This document shows positions 1 to 12,218 of a stretch of DNA of 64,000 nt, piece after piece. This DNA is from Macrostomum lignano. Taxonomy: Eukaryota. The translations under genes were made by a program, and so were the position numbers. The notes under the pieces were generated by a model. It searched no databases and had not been told where the DNA came from. It saw only the letters and a program-made list of their open reading frames with translations. Where the stretch lies: positions 1,364,001-1,428,000 of the forward strand of contig NIVC01000001.1 in NCBI GenBank assembly GCA_002269645.1, in the 5' to 3' direction. The first letter of the stretch is position 1, and each line of letters starts with the position of its first letter.

Positions 1-723
1 CCCTCCTGTCCTCGTCCGTTGAAGGTGCCCAGCGCCAGATCGATAGGCTGGTCGAGATGGCATCGAGCGTCGGTCTGGTTGTCAATACACTACGCTGAAG
101 ATCGAGGTGCTGACTGTGCCGGCCGAAATCCCAGCGGACCTGATGTACCGCGGCGCAGACTGGCAGACGACCAAGCTCGCACGCTGCCAGCTGGTTCAAC
201 AACCCGGCGGTCTAGTGCCCCACGTGAAGAGGACCTCCGGCGGCGTAGAGGACTTGCCTGGATGGCTCTCATTCGATCCGAGCTAGCCGTCTTCCAGTCT
301 AAAGCGCTGCCCGATCAACAGAGGGCTCGGCTGTGCCAGGCGGTGGTCGAAACCGTTCTGCTCTATAACGCCAAGACGTGGACGCTGACGGCTACGCTGG
401 AGCGGCAGTTAGACTCGACGCACTCAGGGCCGCTCGAGCTGACGAAAGCGTCGGGACCGAGGCCCTGTACGATCGGGCCAAGCTGCAGCGCCCGTCCATC
501 ATCCTGCGCCGGTGGCGACTTTAACTGGCGGGCCACGTGATCCGGGCCGAGAGCTACTGCCCCCCCCCAACCTGTTCAGGATGTCCTGCTACTCACCTTG
601 CAGGGTCCATTCAGGCGGGGTCAGGCCCGAACCCATCGATACGTGGACTGCCTGCTGTGCGACGCAGGGGCACCCGACAAGGTGGACTTCGTCCGCTCTC
701 AGGCTCAGCGGCGCGCCATCTGA
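1..723 (+). mobile_element. Degenerate 3' part of a non-LTR retrotransposon (RTE-like RT C-terminal region)
   Basis: Frames give LLSSSVEGAQRQIDRLVEMASSVGLVVNT, AVVETVLLYNAKTWTLTATLERQLD and AGHVIRAESYC. These resemble RT domain 6 and the thumb region of RTE-like LINEs. Frameshifted; TGA at 721-723. Confidence 0.72.
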
Positions 724-1471
724 CGCGCCCTGCTCTGTGACCCTTGCACGCGGGGATGGGTATTTTGTTGTTGGTAGCGGAGGTCAAGGACAAGTCACGG
801 CCTTCAATATCACGTATCGCGCTCACGTGATCGCGTGACGCGTGACAACAGAGCTATAAATAAGAGCTCTTTTGAGCCCTGAGCGGCTACCGTTTTCCGC
901 GTTCCCTTCCCCGCCCGTTTCCTTACGGACCCTTCAGAGCTGCAACAACCGTTCGGAGCCCCTCCTCCCTTTTTTCGGCGCTGAGCTGTAACTTCCCTTG
1001 GCTTTGACCTCCTGACGTGTCTCGTCTGGACTGATCGTGACTGCAACCGCCGCCGTGACTATCCGACGACCACCGTGCCAAGCAGCCCTGCACGTCGGTC
1101 GCGTCTGTAAGGTATTTCTTTCTCTGTTGCGCTGGCCTTGGGTATAGTCAGCCCCGTCTCTCGCCGGCCCTTGATCATCATCTCCTTGTTTTTCAATCTT
1201 AACTTATTGATTCCGTTTTAATATTTAACCGAGAGGTTAAGGCCAGTTTTACGAGCGTAGGCCCAGTATTTCAGGGCATTAGCTATAATTCAACTCGTTT
1301 GTTTCTGTCTGTTAATTTACTTATTTAATATGAGACGTGACATGAAATGTGAGTAGTGAGTGCGCAGTGTCGCAGGGCATGGAATAGGATGTGCACCGCG
1401 TCCCCTTAGGATGTGCACCACGAGAGAGCCCTGGGATCTGCACTTCCCGATCCCCTGTGCTGCATCGAACC

Positions 1472-2301
1472 TGTCACGTTATTGGCGTAGTGGCTAGGAC
1501 CCTTAAAAGGGCCGTTTAATGGGAATCGTCGTAAGTCGTTGTAGTCCCAAAATGAATCGAAGTCAATTCTTGTAAAGCGGATTGTGTAGCGGAGCACTTG
1601 GCGTATAAGGGCAGGAAACTGCCGTAGCTAATTTATTGTCGAGATCAATATTAGACTGGTTAACGTCAATACAAAACTTATAGTGTTCTGGGCACTGGCG
1701 GCTTCAACAATGGTTTTGAAAGTGATTAGAATATGAAGTCGAGTGGCAGGCGAAGGATACAATGGCGACGCAACGTAGTGGGTGATGTCGATGAGCACAG
1801 TGGAGGCAGTGAGTAGTAAGTAAACAGGCAGATAAGTAGCGGTGAGAGTGGCGTTAGCCGTGGCAGTACACAGTGGAGTACAGTGTGTAAACAGGCTGGC
1901 CCAGACAGAGGAGCCGTGGCGAGAGATAAGGAGGCTCGAGGCAGCCAGCAGAGAGAGAAGGAAAACGAGAGCCAGACGCCCGAAGCCAGAAGCCAGAAGT
2001 GAGGAGGCCCCTAGCCCGCCGCCAGGCGGGGGTTAATAAAGAGCGCAGAAGGGTTAGCATAAAACACGGAGAGTTTTCATTGGCTGGCGAGAGAACTCGA
2101 AATTATCGATCGTGCTAAAATTTACAGACGAACGCAAGGCCTACCAAATACACAGTGAATTAGCAATTGATACAGATTATTTGCGCGCTACTACAAGTAA
2201 CCGTTAAAATAAACTATTGGAGAAATTTAAACGAGAAATTGCAAGAGAAACTATAGTCCAACGGCCCTTTTGCGGGACCACCTTAAACTAGCAACGTCAC
2301 A
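1472..2301. mobile_element. Solo LTR, copy 1 (830 bp)
   Basis: Begins TGTCACG and ends CGTCACA. 4-bp TSD AACC at 1468-1471 and 2302-2305. A close homologue lies at 44990-45798 with its own TSD. Confidence 0.85.
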
Positions 2302-2459
2302 AACCCATCTAGGAGGAAAGACATTAAGATAGTGTTATCTACTGCATGTCAAATTATGCTACGAGCGTAATGTATTAGTGATAATAGTAATAACAATAAT
2401 ATTATTAATATTAATATTAACAAGTTAATAATAATTGACTACACCTATCCTAAAAAGGC

Positions 2460-2715
2460 AGATGTGCAACCGACACTGAAGGCTGAAGGCTGGTTACGGC
2501 TGTTCAGTCCAAGGACTGTGGGGTTGCTACACACACCCTCAGTTACCCCATGCAGCTAATGCTGGCACCCACTTTACAGCTGGATGAAATGAAGCAATAC
2601 ATAGTTAAGTGTCTTGCTCAAGGACACAGATTGTTCCATGTAAGTCAAAAACAGAACCCCCCCCCCCCACCTTAGTGTCGTAGGCCCGACTCTCTAACCT
2701 TTAGGCTACTATACA
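2460..2715 (+). mobile_element. Possible SINE remnant (CORE/Meta-SINE-like central motif)
   Basis: GGCACCCACTTTACAGCTGG and GTTAAGTGTCTTGCTCAAGGACAC resemble conserved SINE central-domain motifs as recalled. No A/B boxes identified. Confidence 0.3.
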
Positions 2716-3719
2716 ACCTCTAAAATTAAAAAAGAAAAACGTTCGTAATGCATGGCATTTTTAAACATGCTCTAAATACATACGAGTATATACTATCAGC
2801 TAGCAAATGTACAAAGCTTGATCATCATTCTCTGATACGTGAAGCAAAACAAACAAAGATTTACTGCGCTGCGTGCATCGCACGGATAGGAAGGGCCGAA
2901 CGATTTCACCGTTATTTCTGCTTCTGAACACTAAGAAAATCTGGGAAACTCCGCGGCAAACCTCGAGACCCCTGCAAATTTCCGGCCTGCAGGGCAGCAC
3001 TGCAACGGAAGCTACACCAGCTTAATTTTGCTGCGGGAATCAAAAACAAGTGTATGGTACTTGTCCGTAGGAGGACCGATTTCCCAAAGGAGTTCTCACG
3101 TCGCAGCTTTTCCCCAACTGGATTATCCCTCACATCCGTGCTTTCTATGTAGGTGCTGCAGCGCCAGCTGATTCGCAGAAAGTCGCGCGCTGTGAAATTA
3201 ATCAGACGTTTGCCTCTTCCGTTCTGAACTGTCACTCGGATATTGCATTGAGGATATATTTCGGCTTGTTAGCGCTCAGAATTTTGCTCTGTGCTTGAGT
3301 TGTTTGCTCACTTTGTCAATGAGATTGCTCTTTACTCTTTACGCTCATATAGCTAGGACGTGCAAAGTGGATTTCTAGAAAGAGAGATGAGGTTTTCTAT
3401 TGCAATCGTTCTATAAAGAAACACTAAATTTTATTTGACCACAGTGCGCTTATAAAGGTCACACTGCACTACTTCGAATCTTTGGAGCTGGTATATATCT
3501 GCACTCACTATACGGCACATCGGCTTAAAAGTCTGTGACCAGCGTTCAGCGTTCAATCATATTTGACGTACTCATATGGACTGTTGCTATTACTAGGCTA
3601 TACCTACAAACGTAAGCTCGTGTGCGTGTCTTGGCTTACTTCTTGACTTCACTAGCTGTTTTAGACAGGGTGACGTTAATCTCGGCTCTTTTTCGAACAC
3701 AGGATCCTGCCGGGATTTT

Positions 3720-4335
3720 GCACGTTCCGATGTGCCACACTCTAAGGGATCCTGAACGTTCCGATGTGCCACACTCCAAGGGATCCTGAACGTTTCAATT
3801 CACGTTCCGATGTGTCACACTCCAAGGGATCCTGTACAATCCAATGTGCCACACTCCAAGGGATCCTGTACGATCCGATATGTCACACTCCAAGGAATCC
3901 TGCACGTTCCGATGTCTGCACGTTTCGATATCTGCACGTTCCGATGTGCCACACTCCAAGGGATCCTGTACAATCCAATGTGCCACACTCCAAGGGATCC
4001 TGTACGATCCGATATGTCACACTCCAAGGAATCCTGCACGTTCCGATGTCTGCACGTTTCGATATCTGCACGTTCCGATGTGCCACACTCCAAGGGATCC
4101 TGTACAATCCAATGTGCCACACACCAAGGGATCCTGTACGTTCCGATGTGTCACACTCCAAAGGATCCTGCACGTTCGATGTCTGCACGTTCCAATGTGT
4201 CACACTCCAAGAGATACTGCACGTTCCGATGTGCCACACTCCAAGGGATCCTGTACGATCCGACGTACCACACTCCAAAGGATCCTGCACGTTTCGATGT
4301 CTGCACGTACCGATGTGCCACAACTCCAAGGGTCC
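3720..4335. repeat. Composite minisatellite (GATGTGCCACACTCCAAGGGATCCTG-type units)
   Basis: Tandem units visible directly; they explain the overlapping repetitive ORFs at 3764-4549. Confidence 0.9.
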
Positions 4336-6869
4336 TGACCAGGATCTCGTATTACTGGATTGGTTCCAAAATTGCACTGGATCAAGGCACGTTTCAAAAA
4401 TTTCTTGGGTCAGAAGACTTTGGCGGAATTTGTCTAAGACAAGCATAGCAGTTTCCAGTATATCCGTGCCAGTAAACATATTGGATTACAAAAGCAAAAC
4501 TACGATCTTCAGAAAAAGACTTTTTGCTGTTTGCGTTAGGTTCTCTTAGTTTAATGACTAAAATACACTGACTGGCAAAGAATACACTACTGATATTAGT
4601 GTAAGAATATCGAGCAACTTCACAAAAAGCACAGCTAAAATACAAGATAGAAGCAAACGGCTTGGCGGATGCTGTGTGGAAATGAAATCCCGGGATTGAC
4701 TAGATTGCATTTCGGTATAAAGTTTACAAAATTATCGCAAAAAACTGTTTGCGTTCGAACAATAAGCCATCCCGGGATCGAGTGCGAAATCCCTCGGGAA
4801 CCCGCCACGTGACTTCCCGGGGACCGGGACTGCTCAGGGGGCGAAACGGATGCGCGTGCACAATGGCCCATCTGCTGTCTGCATAGCCGCCATGCAAAGC
4901 ACCAATACTCGCTTCAAGTGCACCTCCAACAAATTGTTTATGCATGGTATCAGCATAATTCGCCCGCAGGATTATATGATTTGGCTTAGCAATGTGGATT
5001 TAGCATTTTTACCAGCAGCACTAGAAAGCTGTGGCACCGGCCACTTTACTGAATGTTGCATCCATACGGGAATAAAATTGCGTTTTTATCGTTATTTTTC
5101 TAAGCCTGCATGCAATGTCTGGAGCTGGAATGCGTTCGCTCGAGAACTTTATGAAAACGATGATTTGAAACGATGGTTGAAACAAAGCTACATACTAAAA
5201 AGTACATTGTGTACATGTTACTTTGCCCAGCACAGATGTTATTGTGTACATCCAACCTCGTTCTTTCACCCAAACACACTAGCTAACTTAGTTTTAGCCA
5301 TTGTTCCACAGTTGCTCCTCAAAATACAGTCAAGGACCACTAGAAGTTACCGTTGTATCAGGTCAGGACGTGGCACGCTTTAAAATATTGCAAAATTATT
5401 TGAAGGCCGGCTTGCTTGTATTGCAACTAAACTTCAATTTAATTCGTTTTTGAATGCAAACATCGCTAAATACAAGCAATTAAACAACTGAGCCTTCAAA
5501 AAATACAGATTTTACAAGTTACATCCCGATACAACCGTAGTGGCTTTTGAGTCTTTGCGTCTGGATGAAAGACGTGCTTAAACATGATTGCGCCAGGTAA
5601 AAATTACCTGCTTGATTTTAACAACAGGTAGAAGTAAAGCTACTCGTAAATCTGTAATCTGCAAGAAGGGTCCACGTGACCCGGTACAAAACAATATCTG
5701 AGCGTCCTAATCTGACACTTAAGTTCCAACTTTGTTTATAAAACGACCCCTGATCGTACTAAATAGCTCCATGTTGAAAAAATCCAATATACTAAAAATA
5801 CTAAACTAAAGACTATTTAATTGGAGTTAAATTGAAGGAGCAGGATGAGCAGGAAGAGCAGTAAGTGGGCGCAGGGCCCAAACCAATATATTTATAGAAC
5901 ATTTAACTTTGGGGGGTTGAGCCCAGAATAATAAAGAGAGGGGGTGGAGTGCGCGACTGAGGAAAGAGGCGAGAACGGAGAGCCAATCAGAACGCAGCAA
6001 GGGAGAGAGATAAGAATAACAAGATTGAGCTAGACAGAGAGAGAGAAAACGGAGTAAACAGAGACAATTGAAGGTGAACTAAGAAATGACTAGGAAAGTC
6101 GCGACAAGCTCAAATAAAACTTTTTTGATCAAAAGTTTTTGCCGTCGCCCAGCTGAGATCATTATAAACGATGGGTCTTGCTCGCGTCTCTTTTAAGCAA
6201 ATAGATAAGACTCTACTGAGTGCAGGAACTTTTAACAGAAACGGCCTAGTGTTTGAGCAAAATTCGCAGAACTCGCGCTACAGTTCTCAAATTATCGTAA
6301 TCACTGCAATATCGGCCGTAGCCAGTTCTAGACACTTAATTGAGACAATTAACTATGAGGTTTGGGGTCTAATTTATTGTCCCCGCGGCTCTCTGTAATT
6401 GTTCTCGGCAGACAATTATAGAGTTGAAAATCAATACTCATTTCTTATCTAACAGCCCCGCACACAAGTAGATATGCGATATTCAAGCGGGCCGCGCTAT
6501 AGAGAAATACTCGTAAATTGATTCAATGCCTCTATGGCTGCTGCTTTGCTTATCTATTGCAGCCCCGATGCTGCGGAGCACATTGGGAACAAACATTGGT
6601 CGAGGTCCTGAATACGAATTTATTAGTACAACAACGGGCCCCGGACAATCAGATCATGGGAAACTTTTAATTTGAACGAATCTCAATAAACAGAATTCAA
6701 ATCTATAAGAAAAAAAGCGAATTTGGTTCGAGTTTTTCCTTGCCTAGGTTTCTGACTGACTGCCCATTTTCTTGTATCACCTTTGTTCTCTTAGTTTCAC
6801 CTCTGCTCCCTATCATTTATTCTACTCGCATCACAAATTTACTCTCTGTCTCTTTTTTGTATCACCTTT

Positions 6870-7290
6870 GTTCTCCGGATCTCATGTTGTCTCACCTTTA
6901 CTCTCCGGATCTCTTCTGTTGTCTCACCTTTACTCTCCGGATCTCTTCTGTTGTCTCATCTTTACTCTCCGGATCTCTTCTGTTGTCTCACCTTTACTCT
7001 CCGGATCTCTTCTGTTGTCTCACCTTTACTCTCCGGATCTCTTCTGTAGTCTCACCTTTACACTCTCCGGATCTCTTCTGTAGTCTCACCTTTACTCTCC
7101 GTCTCTTCTGTTGTCTCACCTTTACTCTCCGGATCTCTTCTGTAGTCTCACCTTTACACTCTCCGGATCTCTTCTGTAGTCTCACCTTTACTCTCCGGAT
7201 CTCTTCTGTAGTCTCACCTTTACTCTCTGGATCTCTTCTGTTGTCTCACCTTTACTCTCCGGATCTCTTCTGTTGTCTCACCTTTACTCT
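6870..7290. repeat. 32-bp minisatellite TCTCACCTTTACTCTCCGGATCTCTTCTGTTG
   Basis: Unit recurs every 32 nt (e.g. 6901, 6933). Confidence 0.9.
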
Positions 7291-8289
7291 GTATCCCCTT
7301 TCTCGTATAGTCTAATCTTTAATCTACATCTCCTTTGTTGTCTTGTCTCACCTACTAATTTGTCTACTTTGTCTCATATAAAATATCAACTTCTCGTATT
7401 ATCACCTTTGCTTTTTGCTACCTTTTCTTATTTCCACACAGTTTCTCGTTCTATAGTCAAAACGATTTGATGGCAAGTGCAGCTGCGCCCTTCACCCACG
7501 CAGCAGCAAGCCAGGGCCGCTGGGCCCCAAGCTCAAACTCCAATTCCCAGTCACGCCACTGGCCAAAGTGTTTGCTCAAATTGTGTCGCCACTCTGCCCC
7601 CCCAACTGACGTTATCTGCCTCTGCCTCTTGCGGGGCTGCACCAAAAAACCCCAATCGAGTCTCCACCTAGGGGCTCGCCTTGTCACCTTATTAACAATT
7701 CTGAGCTCCGGTTGAAGCTGCGATCGTCCGGCGCCACGCAGAAGACGGTTGTAGGGGAGGGGGGGGGGCATAAATTTCAGCGTTCGGGCGCCCCACTATG
7801 GCGCTGGCAGGTGCTTCTTATCGGGCTCGCACTACTCAGAAATTGCCATGTCGCGCTGCTTGTTTCAGGTTGCACAGGCGGCCACAGGCGGACTCAGAGA
7901 GTCGGTTGCCGCTCGGAGCTCCCACTCCGATTTCCAATTTCCGTGCTTCAGCAGGCTGACGCCAGCAGGGCAGGGGGAGGCGGTGGGGTAAATTAAACGT
8001 GCCGTTTTTGTTGATCTGTGTTGCCAGGGTGAGATAACTAAACTCCTGGGCTGGGGGGGGGGTGAAGTTGAAGGCTTCGAGGACCTGTCATCTGACAGCG
8101 AGCTTATTCGCAATGCACCTGTTTACTTGGAGTTCTGCAGACAGATTTATTATAAAACATCAGGTGTTCCTTTAAGCCTGTCTAAAGTTCTCTTATTAAG
8201 AGAGACTTGTTGAGAGACAGCAGAAGTTGAACCTTCTGAAATTGCATCATAACCTGACCCTCTTATTGGTTAAATGGTGTCATACTGCT

Positions 8290-9030
8290 GCTCATGAACT
8301 CACTCATGGACTCATGAACTCACTCATGGACTCATAAACTCACTCATGGACTCTTGGACTCACTCATGGACTCATGGACTCACTCATGGACTCATAAACT
8401 CACTCATGGACTCATGGACTCACTCATGGACTCATGGACTCACTCATGGACTCATGAACTCACTCATGGACTCATGGACTCACTCATGGACTCATAAACT
8501 CACTCATGGACTCATGAACTCACTCATGGACTCATGGACTCACTCATGGACTCATAAACTCACTCATGGACTCATGAACTCACTCATGGACTCATGAACT
8601 CACTCATGGACTCATGAACTCACTTATGGACTCACTCACTGTTATGGACTCCCGAACTCAATCAAGAACTCATTCATGAACTCACTCATGAACTCACTCA
8701 TGAACTCACTCATGAGCTCAATCAAGAACTCATTCATGAACTCACTCATGAACTCACTCATGAACTCACTCATGAACTCACTCATGAGCTCAATCAAGAA
8801 CTCATTCATGAACTCATTCATGAACTCACTCATGAACTCACTCATGAACTCACTCATGAGCTCAATCAAGAACTCATTCATGAACTCATTCATGAACTCA
8901 CTCATGAACTCACTCATGAACTCACTCATGAGCTCAATCAAGAACTCATTCATGAACTCACTCATGAACTCACTCATGAACTCACTCATGAACTCACTCA
9001 TGAGCTCAATCAAGAACTCACCCATAAACT
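8290..9030. repeat. 12-bp minisatellite ACTCATGAACTC (two adjacent arrays)
   Basis: Direct inspection. The reverse complement of the same unit forms the array at 12620-12870. Confidence 0.9.
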
Positions 9031-9659
9031 CACTCTTGATTTCTTTCATAAACTCAGGGACTCACGCACAATCTCCCAAACGCCTTCGAATTAGCTATGT
9101 CTGTTGACATTATGGGTAGCATCGAGGGAAAGTTGATATTTGTAAGAAAAGTTTGGCCAAGACTCGCTAGTTTTCCTACCTGCCTGGATCATATTTTTCT
9201 GATTGTAGCTCGTATATGAGCGCGCAGAGATGGATCGGACGGGCCAGAATCCCTGATTAGACAGGCTGAGCTCTGGCCTAGCAAACAGACTGCTGGTTGG
9301 CCTAATCGACATCCGCGGTCTTTCCTCGGTTCGCCTGTCTGTCGGTTTTGCTCAATTCGTTATGGATTATGCATACATGCCGGTTTCAGTTAGGAGTCTT
9401 GGAATCCACCCGAGCTGGGGATGTCTAAGCAGTACTTGGACGGAGGCTTAATTACTGGGGGGATGCCAGCTACTTGGGAAAGAAATTATTTTATATAAGG
9501 GTACAGAGAGCGAAGTAAAGAGAAAGGAAGGCTAGGGAGGTGAAGGGAGGGAAGAGGCAGGGAAGGGAGGTAAGGGAAGGAACGGAAAATTTAAATGGTA
9601 GAAAATGAAGGGAAGGAAGAGAAGGGTAGAAAAAAATAGACAGTGAAAAGAAAGTTGAG

Positions 9660-10045
9660 GATAGAAAGGAAATTAAAGGTAGAAAGGAAGTTGAGGGTAG
9701 AAAGGCAGTTAAAAGGGTAGAAAAGCAGTTGAAGGGTACACAGGAAGTTGAGGGTAGAAAGGCAGTTAAAAGGGTAGAAAAGCAGTTAAAAGGGTAGAAA
9801 GGCAGTTAAAAGGGTAGAAAGGCAGTTAAAAGGGTAGAAAGGCAGTTAAAAGGGTAGAAAAGCAGTTAAAAGGGTAGAAAGGCAGTTAAAAGGGTAGAAA
9901 GGCAGTTAAAAGGGTAGAAAGGCAGTTAAAAGGGTAGAAAAGCAGTTAAAAGGGTAGAAAGGCAGTTAAAAGGGTAGAAAAGCAGTTAAAAGGGTAGAAA
10001 GGCAGTTAAAAGGGTAGAAAAGCAGTTAAAAGGGTAGAAAAAAGT
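9660..10045. repeat. 20-bp minisatellite TTAAAAGGGTAGAAAGGCAG
   Basis: Direct inspection. Confidence 0.9.
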
Positions 10046-10469
10046 TGAGGGTAGAAAAGAAACGGAGGGTAGAAAGTTCCTGTCCTGAATCAGGGTGCAG
10101 ATGCATGCTTCTATTCCAATCCTACTCAGTTTACAGGACTTCACAGGGAGCTTTTGCCGCAGCAAATGCGAGGCAGACAGGCAGTTTCCATCCATTAGCG
10201 ACCTCTAGCATAAATTATTACTTTCTAATGCAGATTTTCGAATCAGTCAGCAGAAATCTCACTTGCTCAGGGAAATTCTGCTTCTGGTAGAGAATGTTAA
10301 TCAGCTTCGAGAACGTGCCGAAAAGAAGCAGGAAAAGAAAAATTTTGAGAATTCCCTAGGGGACCGGGATCTCATCTGCACCATGAGACTTGTGCTCTAA
10401 AAAAGTTGAAAAACCGTTTGAGAATTTCAGCTCCAGATCATGTTTTGCACTCAGCAGGTGTCTCAATAA

Positions 10470-10690
10470 GTCTGCAGCTTGAAGTCCCACGTCCCTCGAC
10501 CACTTACTGCAGGTGTTGTTTACAAGTTTCAGTGCCCTAAGGATCAGAATATCTCTTGCATAGGGAAAACGAAACGACACCTGTACACTAGGATCAAGGA
10601 GTATTGGACTAAAAGATCAGCCTTCCAAGAACACCGGCTCACGTGTGACTCATGTTGTAGCAGCAAACCTCTCGACTTGTTTAAGATCCA
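10470..10690 (+). pseudogene. GIY-YIG endonuclease fragment of a Penelope-like retroelement
   Basis: LKSHVPRPLTAGVVYKFQCPKDQNISCIGKTKRHLYTRIKEY...SAFQEHRLTC fits the PLE pattern VVYKF.C...YIG.T.R.L..R.KEH. It is cut off by the 15-bp array. Confidence 0.7.
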
Positions 10691-12005
10691 GTAGCTAGAT
10701 TTCCTGTAGCTAGATTTCCTGTAGCTAGATTTCCTGTAGCTAGATTTCCTGTAGCTAGATTTCCTGTAGCTAGATTTCCTGTAGCTAGATTTCCTGTAGC
10801 TAGATTTCCTGTAGCTAGATTTCCTGTAGCTAGATTTCCTGTAGCTAGATTTCCTGTAGCTAGATTTCCTGTAAGCTAGATTTCCTCTAGCTAGATTTCC
10901 TACAGCTAGATTTCCTCTAGCTAGATTTCCTATAGCTACATTTCCTGAAGCTAGATTTCTTGTAGCTAGATTTCCTATAGCTACATTTCCTGTGGCTACG
11001 AGCAGATTTCCTGTAGCTAGATTTCCTGTAGCTAGATTTTCCTGTAGCTAGATTTCCTGTAGCTAGATTTCCTGTAGCTAGATTTCCTCTAGCTAGATTT
11101 CCTGTAGCTAGATTTCCTATAGCTAGATCTCCTGTAGCTAGATTTCCTGTAAGCTAGATCTCCTGTAGCTAGATTTCCTGTAGCTAGATTTCCTGTAGCT
11201 AGATTTCCTATAGCTAGATTTCCTATAGCTAGATTTCCTGTAGCTAGATTTCCTATAGCTAGATCTCCTGTAGCTAGATTTCCTGTAGCTAGATTTCCTG
11301 TAGCTAGATTTCCTGTAAGCTAGATTTCCTATAGCTAGATCTCCTGTAGCTAGATTTCCTGTAGCTAGATTTCCTATATCTAGATTTCCTGTAAGCTAGA
11401 TTTCCTGTAAGCTAGATTTCCTATAGCTAGATTTCATGAAGCTAGATTTCCTGTAAGCTAGATTTCCTGTAAGCTAGATTTCCTGTAGCTAGATTTCCTA
11501 TAGCTAGATCTCCTGTAGCTAGATTTCCTGTAGCTAGATTTCCTGTAGCTAGATTTCCTATAGCTAGATTTCCTATAGCTAGATTTCCTGTAGCTAGATT
11601 TCCTATAGCTAGATCTCCTGTAGCTAGATTTCCTGTAGCTAGATTTCCTGTAGCTAGATTTTCCTGTAGCTAGATTTCATGTAGCTAGATTTCCTGTAAG
11701 CTAGATTTCCTGTAAGCTAGATTTCCTATAGCTAGATTTCATGAAGCTAGATTTCCTGTAAGCTAGATTTCCTGTAAGCTAGATTTCCTATAGCTAGATT
11801 TCATGAAGCTAGATTTCCTGTAAGCTAGATTTCCTGTAAGCTAGATTTCCTATAGCTAGATTTCATGAAGCTAGATTTCCTATAGCTAGATTTCCTGTAA
11901 GCTAGATTTCCTGTAGCTAGATTTTCCTGTAGCTAGATTTTCCTGTAGCTAGATTTTCCTGTAGCTAGATTTTCCTGTAGCTAGATTTTCCTGTAGCTAG
12001 ATTTC
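10691..12005. repeat. 15-bp minisatellite GTAGCTAGATTTCCT (~1.3 kb)
   Basis: Direct inspection. Confidence 0.92.
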
Positions 12006-12218
12006 CAGCGCCCCATCTCCTGGGTAAAAAGCAATTCGTTCAATCGAATGCACCAAGGCAGATCGAACTCCTCCAAAAGGAAGCAGTTCCGCCATTGGCT
12101 GGCTGCATTCCCACTCTGCCCAGAGCCGCAAAACTGCGGTAGATAAACTGCCGCTCTGTGGCAGAAGGAGCTTCGCCCCCAAACGACGTCCTCCACAGCT
12201 GATCTACCGGCTACCGAA

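Noticed and set aside
765-1400. Promoter/LTR-like segment with TATAAATA at ~864 and a GTATTT donor-like site
   Set aside because: No second copy, TSD or defined end could be found. The sequence after the TATA also does not match the histone 3' stem-loop.
5772-6110. Possible solo LTR (TGTTG...CGACA with TATA and CCAAT motifs)
   Set aside because: No clean TSD and no second copy in the window.
7457-8130. GC-rich short ORFs on both strands
   Set aside because: No recognisable domain. More likely promoter or 5' UTR sequence of the GPCR.
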